Shown: positions 22,533 to 36,700 of the stretch, piece by piece
Position numbering within the stretch: the first letter of the stretch is position 1
Layout: the number at the start of each line of letters is the position of its first letter
NCBI GenBank assembly: GCA_043228905.1
Contig: JBHGNT010000002.1
Coordinates: 9,424,001 to 9,488,000 of the forward strand
Source: Azolla caroliniana
Taxonomy: Eukaryota > Plantae > Polypodiophyta
Reading direction: 5' to 3'
DNA length: 64,000 nt
Notes under the pieces: generated by a model
What the model saw: the letters and a program-made list of their open reading frames with translations, nothing else
What the model was told of the DNA's origin: nothing
Databases searched by the model: none
Made by a program: the position numbers and the translations under genes

Positions 22533-24205
22533 AAGCACGCTACAACGGCTTGAAGAGCTTGCAGAAGAGATTAGCCAAGGAGACTGAGATGTACAAGATC
22601 ATTGCGGAAATGGGGCCGAATGTGCTTGGCAAAGAAGAAGCAATGGTATGTACGAAATACAAGACATTGGGAAAAGAAGGTGAAACCTTCTATGGGACCG
22701 TTACCTGCCAATAGTGAACAAAAGACGAAAGTAGTCTTGGGAGATCCGACACTTTGAAGTTCCATGGATATCGGACATACCGAAAAGCATTCGCATTCAC
22801 ATCAAAAGAGATAGGGTGCATTGATCCAAAGATAGTGGAGGTGATGGTGATCTTCACGATTGAACATGTGACGTGGAACTTGAAGCCGATCAATGGTTTA
22901 TAGTTCCAAAGAAGAATGGGTCACTCCGGTTCGTTCAAGATTTGCAACCGGTGAGCAAGGTCACGATCCAGAACTCCAGAGATGGTCCGATAGTGGATGA
23001 ATTTGCGGAAGCATTTTCCGGATGCATGATATACTCCATCGGAGACTGATAGGGTTAGTTCGGATGTGTACGCTATCACAAGGAGCAATGAACTTGATCA
23101 CACATATGATGAATGCAATGAACAAGGTGCTTCAGGACTACATTCTGGAGATAACAATGTCGTTCCTAGATGACATTCCGATGAAAGGATGTGCGATGGA
23201 AGAAAAGGATGAGAATATGGATGATCGGGGATGTCGAAAGTTTGTAGTCGACCATATTCGCGACTGGGAGAAAGTGATATAGAAGTTACAAGATGTGCAC
23301 TTAACACTCTTTGGAGAGAAATCGACATTCGGACAAGAAGAGATACTGGTAGTAGGACATCTGTGTGGTCCCTACGGACAAAGACCATCACCAGTCAAGA
23401 TCAATGCGATTCAAGCCATGAAAGAAATATGAAAGTAGCAATCCAAGGTTCGTAGGTTCCTTTGGGCATGTGTGTTCTATCATATATGGATTCCACACTA
23501 TCCACACATTGCGGACCCACTCTATCACCTGTTGCGGAAGGGGAAGAAGTTCGAATGGAATCTGGAGCACATCAAAGCTATGAGGAAGCTGAAGGAAGCG
23601 CTACGGAGGGCAATTGCACTTAAGAAGCCGAACTATGACAAACGGTCATAGTAACGGTTGATACAAGTCCAACCGGGATTGGATGGGTCATCAACCAAGC
23701 CGACTCGGATGGTTCACGATATCCGATTTGATTTAGAGCAAAGTTTCTCAACGAAAGGCAATGAGGATATGCACAAGTTAAAAGACAATTATGGGGAGTC
23801 ATATCAGCAATAAAATCGGATCAGAATTATTTGATCTTAGCCGAAGTAGTGATCGAAACGAATTGGCTTCCGATACTCGGGATGATGCGATGTTGCATGA
23901 TACCGGATGTGTCTATGCTAAGATGGATTGCATATGTAAAGTCACTTAATCCGGACGTTTGACACATCTCAGGAAAAGACAACGTAGTAGCGGATATGTT
24001 ATCAAGGGTTCAGTTTGAAGATGACATAGTCGAATCGGATAATGAAGAAGTTTCCGAAGATTACTTTACTTCGGGGCACATATGCCGGGTAAACGTAATT
24101 CGGGAGTTCTGGGAAGACGAATACGAGGGAGAAAGCTTGCTAATTGGGAAAGTGCTACAAGAAATCAAGGAATCATCGGACAACAAAGAAAACAAAGCCG
24201 AGAAG
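22533..24205 (+). pseudogene. pol: Degenerate Gypsy pol RT-RH of the outer element, same family as 18593-21400
   Basis: LVRMCTLSQGAMN, SFLDDIPMKG, VDTSPTGIGW, with many stops and frameshifts. Confidence 0.85.
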
Positions 24206-26622
24206 ACTATGCCCCAACTCCGGAACACCTTCTTCTCGACCAGATCCTACACCTAGTAACTGAACTCATCATTGCTGTATTCAAGGAATATACATGGCAG
24301 GACTTCGGATCCAGTTTTTCTCTCTTGTCCTTCGCAACATGCACATATGTGAGACACTTGAACACCTTCAGATGCTGGTAAGATACATCTTTACCAATGC
24401 TTATTTTCTGAGGTGAGTCTCCTTCCAAGGGTGCTGAGGGTGGTTTGTTTATCACATAGGTCGCCATCGTCAGCGCCTCAGCCCAAAATGTCTTTGGTAA
24501 TTTTGCATGTGCCAGCATGCTCCGGACTCTCTCCATTATGGTCCAGTTCATCCATTCAGCCAACCCGTTCAATTCCGGCGTCTTCAGCATGGTGAATTCG
24601 AGCTGGATTCCCTTCGACCAACAGTACTCCTCGAACTACCCCTGGTATTCTCCTCCGTTGTCCGCTCGAACCGCTTTCAGCTGCCGGCTGGTTTCTCTTT
24701 CCAATCTCGCGTGGATTTCCTTGAAGACGGATAGCACCTGATCCTTCATCTTCAACGGTGAGACCCACAGCTTCCAGATGTGGTCATCTATGAACGTCGC
24801 GAAGTATTGCTATCCGGCATGTGAATTCGTGTCCACTTGACACACATCGATATGGACCAGCTCCAGTGGTACATTCCGTCTCATCCGTGGTCTTGATCGG
24901 AACAAGGTTGACCTTCCAGGTTCGAGCCACTATTAGGCTCCCTTTGTGAACTTCATAATGAGGTTGACCTTCCGGATGCTACCTGTGTAGCCTTCATCAA
25001 CTCGCCTACCGGCTGATATCAGGTTCAATCAGACCTCCAGAATGTGTCGGACATCCTTCATCAACAACTTGCATCCGGTTATTGTCATCAACAACACATC
25101 TCCTATGTTGATAATTCGGCATGTTCCTTTATTCCCCATCCCAACGCAACCATGATCACTGGCTGTGTAGGATGAGAAGCATTTCTGATCTGGTGTAAGG
25201 TGGAATGACGCTCCGGAATCAACAACCCACGTTGTCTCATCGCCGACAAGGTTTAACTCATTCTCCTCGGTAATGAGCATTAGTTCCTCTTCACTTGCCA
25301 CGATTGCACACGTTCCTTTCCGATCCGATCCGAACTGTTTTGGTTTGAACTCTTCTTCGAATTGGTGGTGCCGGTGTCTTTCTCTTTCCGGAAATGCCGA
25401 CAGTTCTTCTGGAAGTGCCCTGGCCTCCCACAGTAGAAGCAAGTAGGCCTCTCCCTTGACATCGACCTCGTCCCCGATTTGTCCCGGTTTTGGGGACTCC
25501 GATACCGGCCTCTTCCCCAGTTGTGGTCATCTTTCGTGACTAAGGCCTTCGAATCAGTTCCGGACTCCCGGTCCTTCCAGCGAGCTTCTTTATCTAGCAG
25601 GTTTAACTTGACTCTTGCTAGGGACAACTGTTTTCCTTACAGCCTGGCGTTGCCCAACGTGACAACTAGCATCTCCCAATTATCCAGGAGGGAACCGAGC
25701 AGTAGTAATGCGAGTACCTCATCGGTGAGAGGTACTTCCAATGAGTTTTCTTGGTGTATTAGCCCCTAGAAGGCATTCATGTGCTCCGCCATACTAGAGC
25801 TGTCCTGGTACCGGAGCCTCACTAGCTTCCGGAATACCGAAACCCGATTAACGTCATTCTTGTTCTGGAACATGATGTCGATCTTCTCCCAGAGTTCATG
25901 CGCCTTGCTCTCGTCATTGAAGTTGTTGTACAAGCTCATGTAGATGAAGCATCTGATGTATGTCGCCATCTTCATGTGCATCACCTCCCACACTATGGCG
26001 TCGATCTTATCCGGTTTCTTGTCCCCGAACTGAACCAGCAACCAAAGATCTTTAACCACTAGCATATCCCTCATCTTCGACTTCCACATTGAGTAGTTGG
26101 AGCCGGTGAGCTTGAACATGCTGTTGAACGATTCTTCCATTTCCGGTGTTGTTCACTTTGATACGAGATTGTAGAGAATGGCACGGAATATTGCTCAGCC
26201 ACAACCGAGTCTTGAATCACTTCGATTACGTGGAAAACCCTGAATGGGTAAAACCACGGGAGCCCACAAACTCCAACTATCACTATATGAGAACAATACA
26301 ATCAGAGGCTCGATGGCAACTACCTCGAGCTCTGTATCTTCGCCATGCGGTGGTTACAACAGAGTATCGCACTATATCTCTTCTCTCGCTCTCTCTCTAT
26401 ACAAGAACAATTATGCACACTCCACAATATGACAACATTTGTCCACACACCTAAAGTGATTGCCCTAAGTCATATTTATACTTATGTGAACTTAGGGCTA
26501 TTTACAAATATAGCCTCAATAGGCTTGCTCAACACATTTACAAGTATGTCTTCTCTTCCGGTTCTCACCGGGGCCTCTTTTTTCATAACCGGATCCCATC
26601 CTAAGGGACCGATTTCCCAACA
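24205..26622 (-). mobile_element. 3'-truncated Ty1/Copia (Tnt1/Tork-like): 5' LTR 26170-26622, degenerate iMet PBS, gag-PR-IN
   Basis: KLTGSNYSMWKSKMRDML, CFYCGRPGHFQKNC, WVVDSGASFHLT, TPELNGLAE..FWAEAL. Confidence 0.88.
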
Positions 26623-28965
26623 TTTTTTAAATCACCTTTGAGGGAAATACCTCTCCCTTAAAGATGATTTAAAAGATTAGATTTTATTTCTGTGAAGCTA
26701 AGCATGTTGATGAAAGCCAAACCTGATTTAGGGGTGATCTTTTAGATAACCTTTGACGGAAATACCTTCATGACATTTATTTTTCGAAATACTAAACGAA
26801 AGTTGAATCTGGTTTATATGTCATTACTAGCAACCTACCCTCGAAGGTGACCTTTCACATTACAAACGGTTTCCTATACCATGTAGTGGAAATGTCTGTG
26901 TTCTAGATTTACCAAACTTGACACAAAACATTCTTCACGAATCTCATGATGCACCATCTACTAGTAATCATGGAATACAAAGAACACTCGTACTCATCGC
27001 AAGTACATTTTTTTGGCTTAAGATGCACTCTAACATACATAAATACATGACTTAATGCTTCAAATGTTAGGTTAACATGTTAGAATCACTTAAAGTTGTT
27101 TGTCATTTGCTAGTTTATCTTGTATATAGAGGGGTCATGATGTCATTTGGCTTGTCGTTGAGAGACTCATGAAATTGGCTAGATTTATTCCTACCAAAAT
27201 CATAGTAACCACTCAACAATTGGTTCATCAATTTGTTGATGAGTTATTTCTTTTTTATGGCTTACTGATGGATATGGCTTTTCTTGCTAGTTTATATCGT
27301 ATACAACGGGGTCACGATGTCATTTGGATTGTCATTGAGAGACTCATAATATTGGCAAGATTTATCCCTACTAAGACCACAGTAACCACTCAATAATTGG
27401 TTCATCAATTTGTTGATGAGTTATTTCTTTTTTATGGCTTGCCGATGGATATTGTTAATGATCGAGTTTCCAAGTTTTCTAGTGACTTTTGGACTCGGGT
27501 CTTTAAGAAACAAGAAACTAATTTGAGTAGGAGTTCCACAAATCATCCTTAGTATAATGGACAAACTGAACGAGTTAATCAAATTATTGTGGACATGCTT
27601 CAAGCTTATGTACCAAAAACCCCTTCTAAGTGGGAGTAATACCTTCCTATTTTAGAATCTACCTATAATAGCTCCAAATATACATCCATTGGATATAATT
27701 CTTTGATGTTGATGTATGGTTTTCAGCCACGTGCCCTAGTAGATGTCACAAATTATTGTGATACATTAGGCAATACATGAAATTATTTCCAAGACATGAA
27801 CCAAATTTTGCATATTGTAAAGGAAAGTGTTAAGACAACTCAAGATCATGCTAATTTGAGTAGACATCCTCATCCATTTACTATTGGTCAAAACATTTAC
27901 TGTGTGCACCTACTGACTCTACGTCATTGTCTATGGCCAAGTGTGCTAAGTGAGCGCCATGATATTCTGGCCCCTTTTAATTTCTTAAACGGGTTGGATC
28001 ATCTTGCCTGACCCCACAACGTTGTTATTCCTCTTATTTTTCACGTTAGTCATTTAAAACCATTTTTACGGTCTCGTGATAATGCCATGATCGTGAAGGA
28101 TCTTGTAACATAAGAGGATTTTTCTTACATACGTCCTCATGTTGTTGAACAAATTCTTGTTTCTCATACTACACTTTTACGTTCTAAAGACATTCGGATA
28201 TTTAAGATCAAATGCATGGATAAACCTATTGTTGAGAATCGAACTCAACTTCCCATAGATAGGCTTCACACTAGCTCATGGACATACCAAGCTAGTTTTG
28301 TAAATAGTAGAAAGGGCACTTTCCCTAGCTCAGTTGGTATTTAAACCAACCCCTTGTAACTTAGTTATTGTTGGACGTTTTATGTTTTGATGTATTTTAG
28401 GTTAATACACAGTTTAGTTTTTCGATCTCTGTCTCAAGAGCTCTCTCTCTCTCTCTCCCTTTGTTGCCACACACACACTCTCTCTCTCTTAATAATCTTC
28501 CGCTACATTGCAATCACTGTTGCCTTCATTTTGTTGCATGGTATCAGAGTGTGTGGTTGCTTGATCAAGCATTTCCGACTTTGTTGTGTTGCATGCCGAC
28601 GATCAACAGAACCGGCCCATCGACAGAGAAGAAATCACCATGAATACTCAAATGGGAAGCGCTCTTCCTACCAGGAAGCTCGACAGAACGAACTTTGCAT
28701 CTTGGGAATACAAAGATGCATCAATACCTTGTCGGACAAGGCTACTAGAGCTACATCAAAGGAGTTCACAAATCACACCCCAACCCAACACACGCCAACT
28801 ATCCCTCTTGGGAGCAAGCCGCAAGCCGTGTGTTGTATTGCCTCGCATCATGCGTTCATGATCATATGCTTGGCTACGTTCGAGAGGCTAAAACGTTGAA
28901 GCAGGCGTGGGAAAACCTCAAGAAGATTTTCGCAGCCAATACGGCCGTACGAAAGCTCCAACTTC

Positions 28966-30200
28966 GACAAGAGCTGAACAATCTTCAACAAAGGGACATG
29001 TCAATCGACAACTACACCTTAAAGATCAAAGAGTTGTGTGATGCCCTTGGATCGATCAATGTTAGCATTGACGACGAAGAAATGGTGCAGATATGCCTTG
29101 GTGGCTTGGCACCGCATTTTGGCGCAATAAGATCGGCCGTTCTCGCGAGAGAGAATCCTCCCTCCTTTTTTGATCTCCAATCATTGTTGCTAGTTGAAGA
29201 GAATCACATGCGTCAAAGGAACAACGCGCATGACGGACAAATGCTATGTTCGAGCTTTGATGGAGGAAGAGGACAAAGTCGCGGGACAAGAGCTGAACAA
29301 TCTTCAACAAAGGGACATGTCAATCGACAACTACACCTTAAAGATCAAAGAGTTGTGTGATGCCCTTGGATCGATCAATGTTAGCATTGACGACGAAGAA
29401 ATGGTGCAGATATGCCTTGGTGGCTTGGCACCGCATTTTGGCGCAATAAGATCGGCCGTTCTCGCGAGAGAGAATCCTCCCTCCTTTTTTGATCTCCAAT
29501 CATTGTTGCTAGTTGAAGAGAATCACATGCGTCAAAGGAACAACGCGCATGACGGACAAATGCTATGTTCGAGCTTTGATGGAGGAAGAGGACAAAGTCG
29601 CGGGACAAGAGCTGAACAATCTTCAACAAAGGGACATGTCAATCGACAACTACACCTTAAAGATCAAAGAGTTGTGTGATGCCCTTGGATCGATCAATGT
29701 TAGCATTGACGACGAAGAAATGGTGCAGATATGCCTTGGTGGCTTGGCACCGCATTTTGGCGCAATAAGATCTCCAATCATTGTTGCTAGTTGAAGAGAA
29801 TCACATGCGTCAAAGGAACAACGCACATGACGGACAAATGCTATGTTCGAGCTTTGATGGAGGAAGAGGACAAAGTCGCGGGACAAGAGCTGAACAATCT
29901 TCAACAAAGGGACATGTCAATCGACAACTACACCTTAAAGATCAAAGAGTTGTGTGATGCCCTTGGATCGATCAATGTTAGCATTGACGACGAAGAAATG
30001 GTGCAGATATGCCTTGGTGGCTTGGCACCGCATTTTGGCGCAATAAGATCGGCCGTTCTCGCGAGAGAGAATCCTCCCTCCTTTTTTGATCTCCAATCAT
30101 TGTTGCTAGTTGAAGAGAATCACATGCGTCAAAGGAACAACGCGCATGACGGACAAATGCTATGTTCGAGCTTTGATGGAGGAAGAGGACAAAGTCGCGG
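28966..30200 (+). repeat. Four-copy tandem amplification of a 319-bp gag segment
   Basis: Units start at about 28966, 29285, 29604 (278 bp, 41-bp deletion) and 29882; ORF track repeats with periods 319/278/319. Confidence 0.95.
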
Positions 30201-30981
30201 AAGGAGAGGTCGATTTGGCCAAGGCCGACATAACCAAGAGCGTAACTCCCACCAATGGCAAGCGGATAGAAACGGCCCCTGAGAGTTCGGCGGAAGGGGG
30301 AGTCATCACGCCGGACCAAGCAACCTTAGGAACCCAGTTGACTGCGGGTACTGCGGAAAACCCAGCCACTACGAAGAGCAGTGTCGGAAGAAGAAGCGTG
30401 AGCAAGTCCGACAACTAACAAATTACGCCACGAACTCCGACTACGGAGACCGCGGCGGAATGTTCATAATGAAGCACGAAGCGCACTCAATGTCCGCACT
30501 TGTGTCAACTACCGCTTCCACTCCGAACAACATATGGTTTGTCGATTTGGGAGCATCCAATCACATGACATCCCATGAAGATTGGTTTCGGGAACTAAGG
30601 AAGCCCGAACTTCCTGGATATGTCGAAACTGGAGATGACACGACACACCCCATATAGCATATTGGGAACGTCCCATTCGGAAACGACGGCAAACAAACCT
30701 ACCTCAAGAACGTGTTGCATGTCCCCACCATTACGAAAAACCTGGTCTCAGTCGGCTAGATTGTTGAACAAGGAATGCAAGTATGCTTCAATAATGACGG
30801 ATGCTTCATCGAAAAAGGCGATCAAGTCATAGCTCACGGCCGACGAGAAGGCCATATGTTCATCCTTGAATCGAGCGAGGTAAAGTCGGCCATGTATGCA
30901 AAGGGCCAGAAAGTCGAAACCGACTTGAAACTGTGGCACAAGAGAATCGGCCACATCAATCTCCAGAAGCTCTAGAATATG

Positions 30982-31384
30982 TGTTGAGTGACAAGCTCAA
31001 CATTGAGTGCGCAATACGGTACGTAACCTAGTGCGTAGATAGGGTGCGTAAAACAGTACGCATAACGTGGCCATATCGGTGCATAAACCGGAAGGCCGTT
31101 AGTATGGTATTCCTCGTAAGGAATAATTTTGGGAGTAGTGTAGTAGGCTCATTTATGAGCATTCACGTGATGTCAGTACTTGTGTTAGCCCGATAGTCAA
31201 GGCTTGTATAAAAGTGGTCACTGAGCACATCCTATGTACAGATTGAGTATTATTTTGAATTGAGTTTTCAGTGTGTCTTCTCTCTCTCTGTGTCTCTCCC
31301 GCGTACTGTGTATATTCAAGCTCTCCATTAAACCTGCATTTCTGTGTTCAGTTTTCTACTTGCTTCCGCACGCTATTCTTTACA
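30982..31384 (+). mobile_element. Copia solo LTR
   Basis: TG..CA ends, perfect TSD ATATG (30977-30981 and 31385-31389); host reading frame resumes after it. Confidence 0.92.
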
Positions 31385-34300
31385 ATATGCAATCGAAAGG
31401 AGTTGTAATCGGACTCCCGAACTTTACGGTGAAGGAGATTACAAGCGTATGCGACGCATGTCAGTTCGGAAAGCAACGTCGTCACCCATTCCCTAAAGAG
31501 CGGAATGTGATCAAAGGAATCCTGGATGTCATACATTCACATGTGTGGGGACCAACCCAAACAGCAACATTCGGCGAACGCTGATACTATGTCACCTTCA
31601 TCGATGACTTCTCCAAGAACACCTACATCTATCTGATGAAGCAAAAGAGTGAAGTGTTCAAACACTTCCACACATTCAAGAATGAAGTCGAAAAAACTAC
31701 GGGTTGGCATGTACGCTGTCTTCGATCAGATGTAGGCAAAGAATATTTTTCGGATGAATTTACCATGTATCTCCGAAAAGAAGGAATCCGACGAGAGTTC
31801 TCGTGTCAACACACGCCTCAGAAAAACTATGCTTTTATGATGAAAGTAGCATCAGTACGGGAACCGGAAACGCTTTCCGAAGCCACAAAGGATGGGTCGA
31901 CGGGATGAATGAAGAGATGGAAGCTTTATGCAAAAATGAGACATGGGATCTCGTTCCTCTCCCCCCAAACAAGAAAGCGTTTGGTTGCAGATGGATATAC
32001 AAAGTAAAATACAATGCCGACGAATCCGTAAATCACTTCAAAGCATGACTCGTTGCGAAAGGCTACACGCAAACGCATGGCATAGACTACGAAGAAACCT
32101 TTGCCCTGGTGGCAAAGATGACAACAGTACGGAAAATAATTGCACTCGCCACAGTGAAGGGATGGCACCTCCACCAGATGGATGTGAAAAATGCTTTCCT
32201 CCAAGGAGAGTTAGAAGAAGAGATATACATGATACAACTACCCAGATTCGAATCGCATAAACATCCGCACGCCGTATGCCGACTCAAGAAGCCACTCTAC
32301 GGCCTGAAACAAGCACCACGTGCTTGACATTTGAAGATCACGCAGTATCTTCACCAAGTTGGATTTTGGATGTCAAAATCCGATACTTCTCTGTAGATCC
32401 GAAATGAGTCAGATAGCCCGATCATCATCATCTTATACGTGAATGACTTGGTCATCGGAGGAAAGGATCTCGCCGAGACCAACAAAGTCAAAACACTTCT
32501 CTCCGGCAAATTCGAAATGAAAGACCTGCACGAATTCCATTACTTCCTAGGCATTGAAGTAATTCGGACACCAATCGGGATAATGCTCTCACAACAGCAC
32601 TACATCCTCAACTTACTCTACAAGTTCGGAATGACCGAATGCAAGGCTTTGTCTAACCCTCTCGATCGTAACCTAAAGATTGATGCCACTTTCGGAACCG
32701 CTGAGAACGAGCCAACTTAGTATCGACAACTAATTGGTAGTTTGATCTATCTAACCATTACGCGACCCGACCTCAATTATTAGGTCGGCCTACTTAGCCA
32801 ATTCATGCAGAATCCGCGAAACTTTCACCTTGATTGTGCTAAAAGGATACTATGGTATGTCAGTACGACAATGGCTTACGACATCATGTATAAGTTGAAC
32901 ACGACTATTCGACTCAAAGGGTACACCGACGCGGACTAGGCAGGCTATAAAGCGGATAGGCGATCCACCTTCGGATTGGTCTTCTCCCTCGGCAGTGGAG
33001 CAATCTCTTGGAGCAGCAAGAAACAGCCGACAATCGCACTGTCGAGCAAGAAAGTCGAATATAGGGGCGTTGTAGTCGCCGCATGCGAAGCCGTATGGCT
33101 TAAACGCATACTAAAGGATCTCAGCGTTCCCATCAAGGATCCAATTCATCTCTACTGCGACAAAATGAGCAGTATCTACCTGGTGTGGAACCCCGTATTC
33201 CACGCACGGACGAAACATATCGAAGTGCATTACCACTTCATCCGCGAGCGCGTACAGGCCGACGAGATCAATCTACAACATACTAGTACGCACCTCCAAG
33301 TTGCTGATATATTTACGAAGGCCTTAGGAGTCGACAAGCTCGGGCAATTTGCATTGGACCTTGGTCTCACGACATCTACATTGCCGAGCTTGAGGGGGAG
33401 TACGCAACATACGCAACACGGATAGACTACGCAACATGCAATTAGAAGCGTAAAGCAAGCCAGAATCCGATTCCTTAAATCGAGGTACTCTAAAGACCGA
33501 AACAACTTTTTGACATATGGAAGTTGTGTTTGAAAGGGCGTGTTGAGAATCGAACCCAACTTCTCATAGATAGGCTTCACACTAGCTCATGGACATACTA
33601 GGCTAGTTTTGTAAATAGTAGAAAGGGCACTTGCCCTAGCTCAGTTGATATTTAAACCAACCCCTTGTAACTTAGTTACTGTTGGACGTTTTATGTTTTG
33701 ATGTATTTTTGGTTAATACACAGTTTAGTTTTTCCATCTCTGTCTCAAGAGCTCTCTCTCTCTCTCTCTCCCTTTGTTGGCACACACACTCAATCATCTT
33801 CCGTTGCATTGCAATCACTCTTGCCTTCATTTTGTTACACCTATTGATGATGCCACATTGGAACGCAAGCATACTCTTAAGGCACAATTTGCAATCTTTT
33901 CAAGCATGGGGGTATGTTATGCATACATAACGAAGGTGAGGGTAGGTCACTAATATTTACATAAGTGAAGGGTATGTTCACTAATGTTAGAAAGGGGCGA
34001 ATGTGATTGGATAGAACGAATGGTAGGTGCATGCACTATCATGATCATAACAACCAATGAATGGAGAGTGTTTTAGAAGGCAAATCTATTCAAGGGGTCT
34101 AGGTAGAGGTATAAGTATGAGGCCTAGCTACCCTCATAAAACACATTAGATTGGAAGGTCGTGGTCTTAAGACACCAGTGGTGCGGGCTAAGCTTTTTTC
34201 ACTATAATCATATTATCTCATCTTAGGTATTAGTCATCCTAATATCTATTGGTATGGGATGTTAGTATTTGATTGGATATTTCTTGATCATAGCTCTGGG

Positions 34301-34802
34301 GTGTTCAGGTGGAACAAGTTCTTCTATCCAATCTATCTAATAATGAAATCAAAGAGCATTGCAAGGAGATAGTTGTATTTAGAACCTATCTCATGCATGT
34401 AGATTTAGAAATATAGGACATAAATTTGATGTACATAACCATGAAGGACTCATTATAGGTTGGAAGTATCTTCATCGAGGTAAATTGCACACACCCAAGC
34501 ACTTGAAGACATCAGGATCCAAGATAAACTTAGCAATGTTCAAGACAATATTGTGGGAAAACAACTCATGCGAAACCAAAACTTGGTCTTTGGTGTGCTA
34601 CCTATGTATCTAAGGATTGGATCCGGTGGTCACACTCATGAACTATTCAAGGATGCATATTGCCCCAACAAAATGCTTGGAGGAACATTTGCTCAAAAGG
34701 ATGTGTGTGCAAAGTATGAGGTCAATATGTGCTCATGATCTGATTTCCAATGTGTGGATGGACAACACCAACATGATAGATGCAAAGGAAATAGTAAAAG
34801 GG

Positions 34803-35870
34803 TGGATGTGGACATGAGGAAGTTGGTTTTCTATTTTGTGATTAGGATGAGTGATGATGGTGTGGGGACTGAAGCAGATATTATGAGAAGGTGAGGATTT
34901 TTTTGAGTCATTTTTTGGTTGTCAGTACAGGATTTCTACGGTAAGTGGCGGAAATCATGAGATAATCGGAGATAGCAAGATGGTGGATGTGGACATGAGA
35001 AAGCTGGTTTTCTATTTTGTGATCAGGATGAGTGATGTTGGTGTTGGGGTTGAAGTAGATTACTATGAGAAGGTGAGGATTTTTTTGACTCATTTCCTGG
35101 CTATCAATACAGGATTTTAGCGGTAAGCGGCTAAAATCTTGAGATAATCAGAGATAGCGAGATGGTGGAAGTCGACATGAGGAAGCTGGTTTTCTGTTTT
35201 GTGATCAGGATGAGGGATGTTGGTGTGGGGGTTGAAGTAGATTATTATAAGGGGAGGAACATCTTGACAGTACAGGATTTTCGTGGTAATAGGACAGATG
35301 GCACGATGGTCGACGAGATGCTGATTTAGACTGAATTAAGAAGATGTTATGGTTCTCATAGGATGAGTGATGATGGTGATGTGGATTGAAGTAGATTTTT
35401 CAGGACGAGAGGATCAGTGGTGATGGTGTGGGGGCTGAAGCAGATCATGAGGGGATGAGGAAGCATCCTATACTCATTTTGTTGTTATTTGCACAGGACT
35501 TTGGTGGTAAGTGGTGAGATGGTTGATGCGGACCGAAGGAAGTAGAATTTTGTTTGGTGATAAGGATGAGCGAAGATGTTGTGGGGTTCGAAGCATAAGA
35601 CCTCGGCGAGATGGTTGATGCAAACTGAAGGAAGTAGTTTGTCTGTGTTTTATGAGTGATGATGGTGGGGAAGGCTGAAGCAGATCATGAGGGGATGAGG
35701 AAACATACTAGGCTTATTTTGTTGTTATTTGTATAGGACCTTGGGGGTAAGCGGTGAGATGGTTGATGCGAACCAAAGGAAGTAGAATTTTGTTTGGTGA
35801 TAAGGATGAGCGAAGATGTTGTGGGGGTCGAAGCATATTTGTTTGAGGTGATGAGGACATAGATATTTTT
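34803..35870 (+). repeat. Diverged G-rich tandem repeat, ~180-240-bp units, about 5-6 copies
   Basis: Recurring GGATGAGTGATGATGGTGTGGGG..TGAAG(C/T)AGAT and GGTGGATGTGGACATGAG. Confidence 0.8.
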
Positions 35871-36419
35871 GTTTTATAGGTAGATGATTGTGGTGTTACC
35901 GGCGCGTGGCTTTTGTGAGAACATGAAGGTTGGGATAAACCGGAGTGTTGATGTTATGGACATTCAATACAAGTACATTTTCAATGGTCGTGAATATGAA
36001 GGACGTGTAAATGGGGGGTCTATCCAAGGTGGCATTCCAACGGTTTACCCCAAGAGGCATGTGCATCATGGACTGTTTTCGTGTCTTCAACTGCAGCAGT
36101 TGAAGAAGGTCTTGATGGACAAAAATTTCCCAAGCGGCTTGAGTGATTGGGCCAATACAAATGCATTCTATGATGGGTTGGCTACATGTTCAAATTATTG
36201 AAGAAGGTTTTGATGGGCAATAATGTTGGTTATATGTTGAGTATGGTCTTTAGTACATGCAAAACCAAATGCAAACATGAAGTTTTCAGACTACCAGTCA
36301 AGGTGGACAGCCAGGAGCTTTAATATATGCAGAATCAAGTTCCACCAACTTTGTCTGCAACATGAAGTTTTTAAAGACCCTGACAAGAGCCAAAGGAAGA
36401 TTTGTTTTAGACGCTTCTA

Positions 36420-36700
36420 ACTACAGATGTGGTCTCATGGAATGCAATGATGATAGAATGGATGTTTCGATGAAACACTAACTTGTTTTCATATGCTGGA
36501 GATTGATGGTATGGTCCCCGATTCTATCACCTTTATATGTGCTCTCCTAGCTTGTCGTAGCAAAGGTGCTATTAGGAAAGGCTGAGAGTTGTATTCATGG
36601 ATTATAATTATCTTTATCTTCCCAAATGCCATTGCTTATATTTGGTCTTTTCTTTGATGATATATACTTGTGGAGTTGAAACAATATTATATACTGTTTG
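36420..36700 (+). pseudogene. PPR (PLS-type) repeat remnant
   Basis: MLEIDGMVPDSITFICALLACRSKGAIRKG*ELYSWI, a typical PPR P/L motif containing a stop. Confidence 0.65.

Larger units (their letters stand above)
28230..33839 (+). mobile_element. Decayed Ty1/Copia element with both LTRs
   Basis: LTRs 28230-28538 and 33541-33839; TSD CCTAT at 28225-28229 and 33840-33844; PBS TGGTATCAGAG at 28539; gag-PR-IN-RT-RH remnants; IN-to-RT deletion near 31820. Confidence 0.95.
26625..34165 (+). mobile_element. Highly degenerate chromovirus 3' half (IN-chromodomain, PPT, LTR 33915-~34165), interrupted by the Copia at 28230-33839
   Basis: VIWIVIERL..ARFIPT, NGQTERVNQ, chromodomain remnant KPI/DDATLE split by the insertion; internal ~180-bp duplication at 27110-27450. 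Confidence 0.75.

Noticed and set aside
11584-26622. Copia 3' fragment (11584-12765) and Copia 5' fragment (24205-26622) as two halves of one element
   Set aside because: Their LTRs are unrelated in sequence and no shared TSD is visible.
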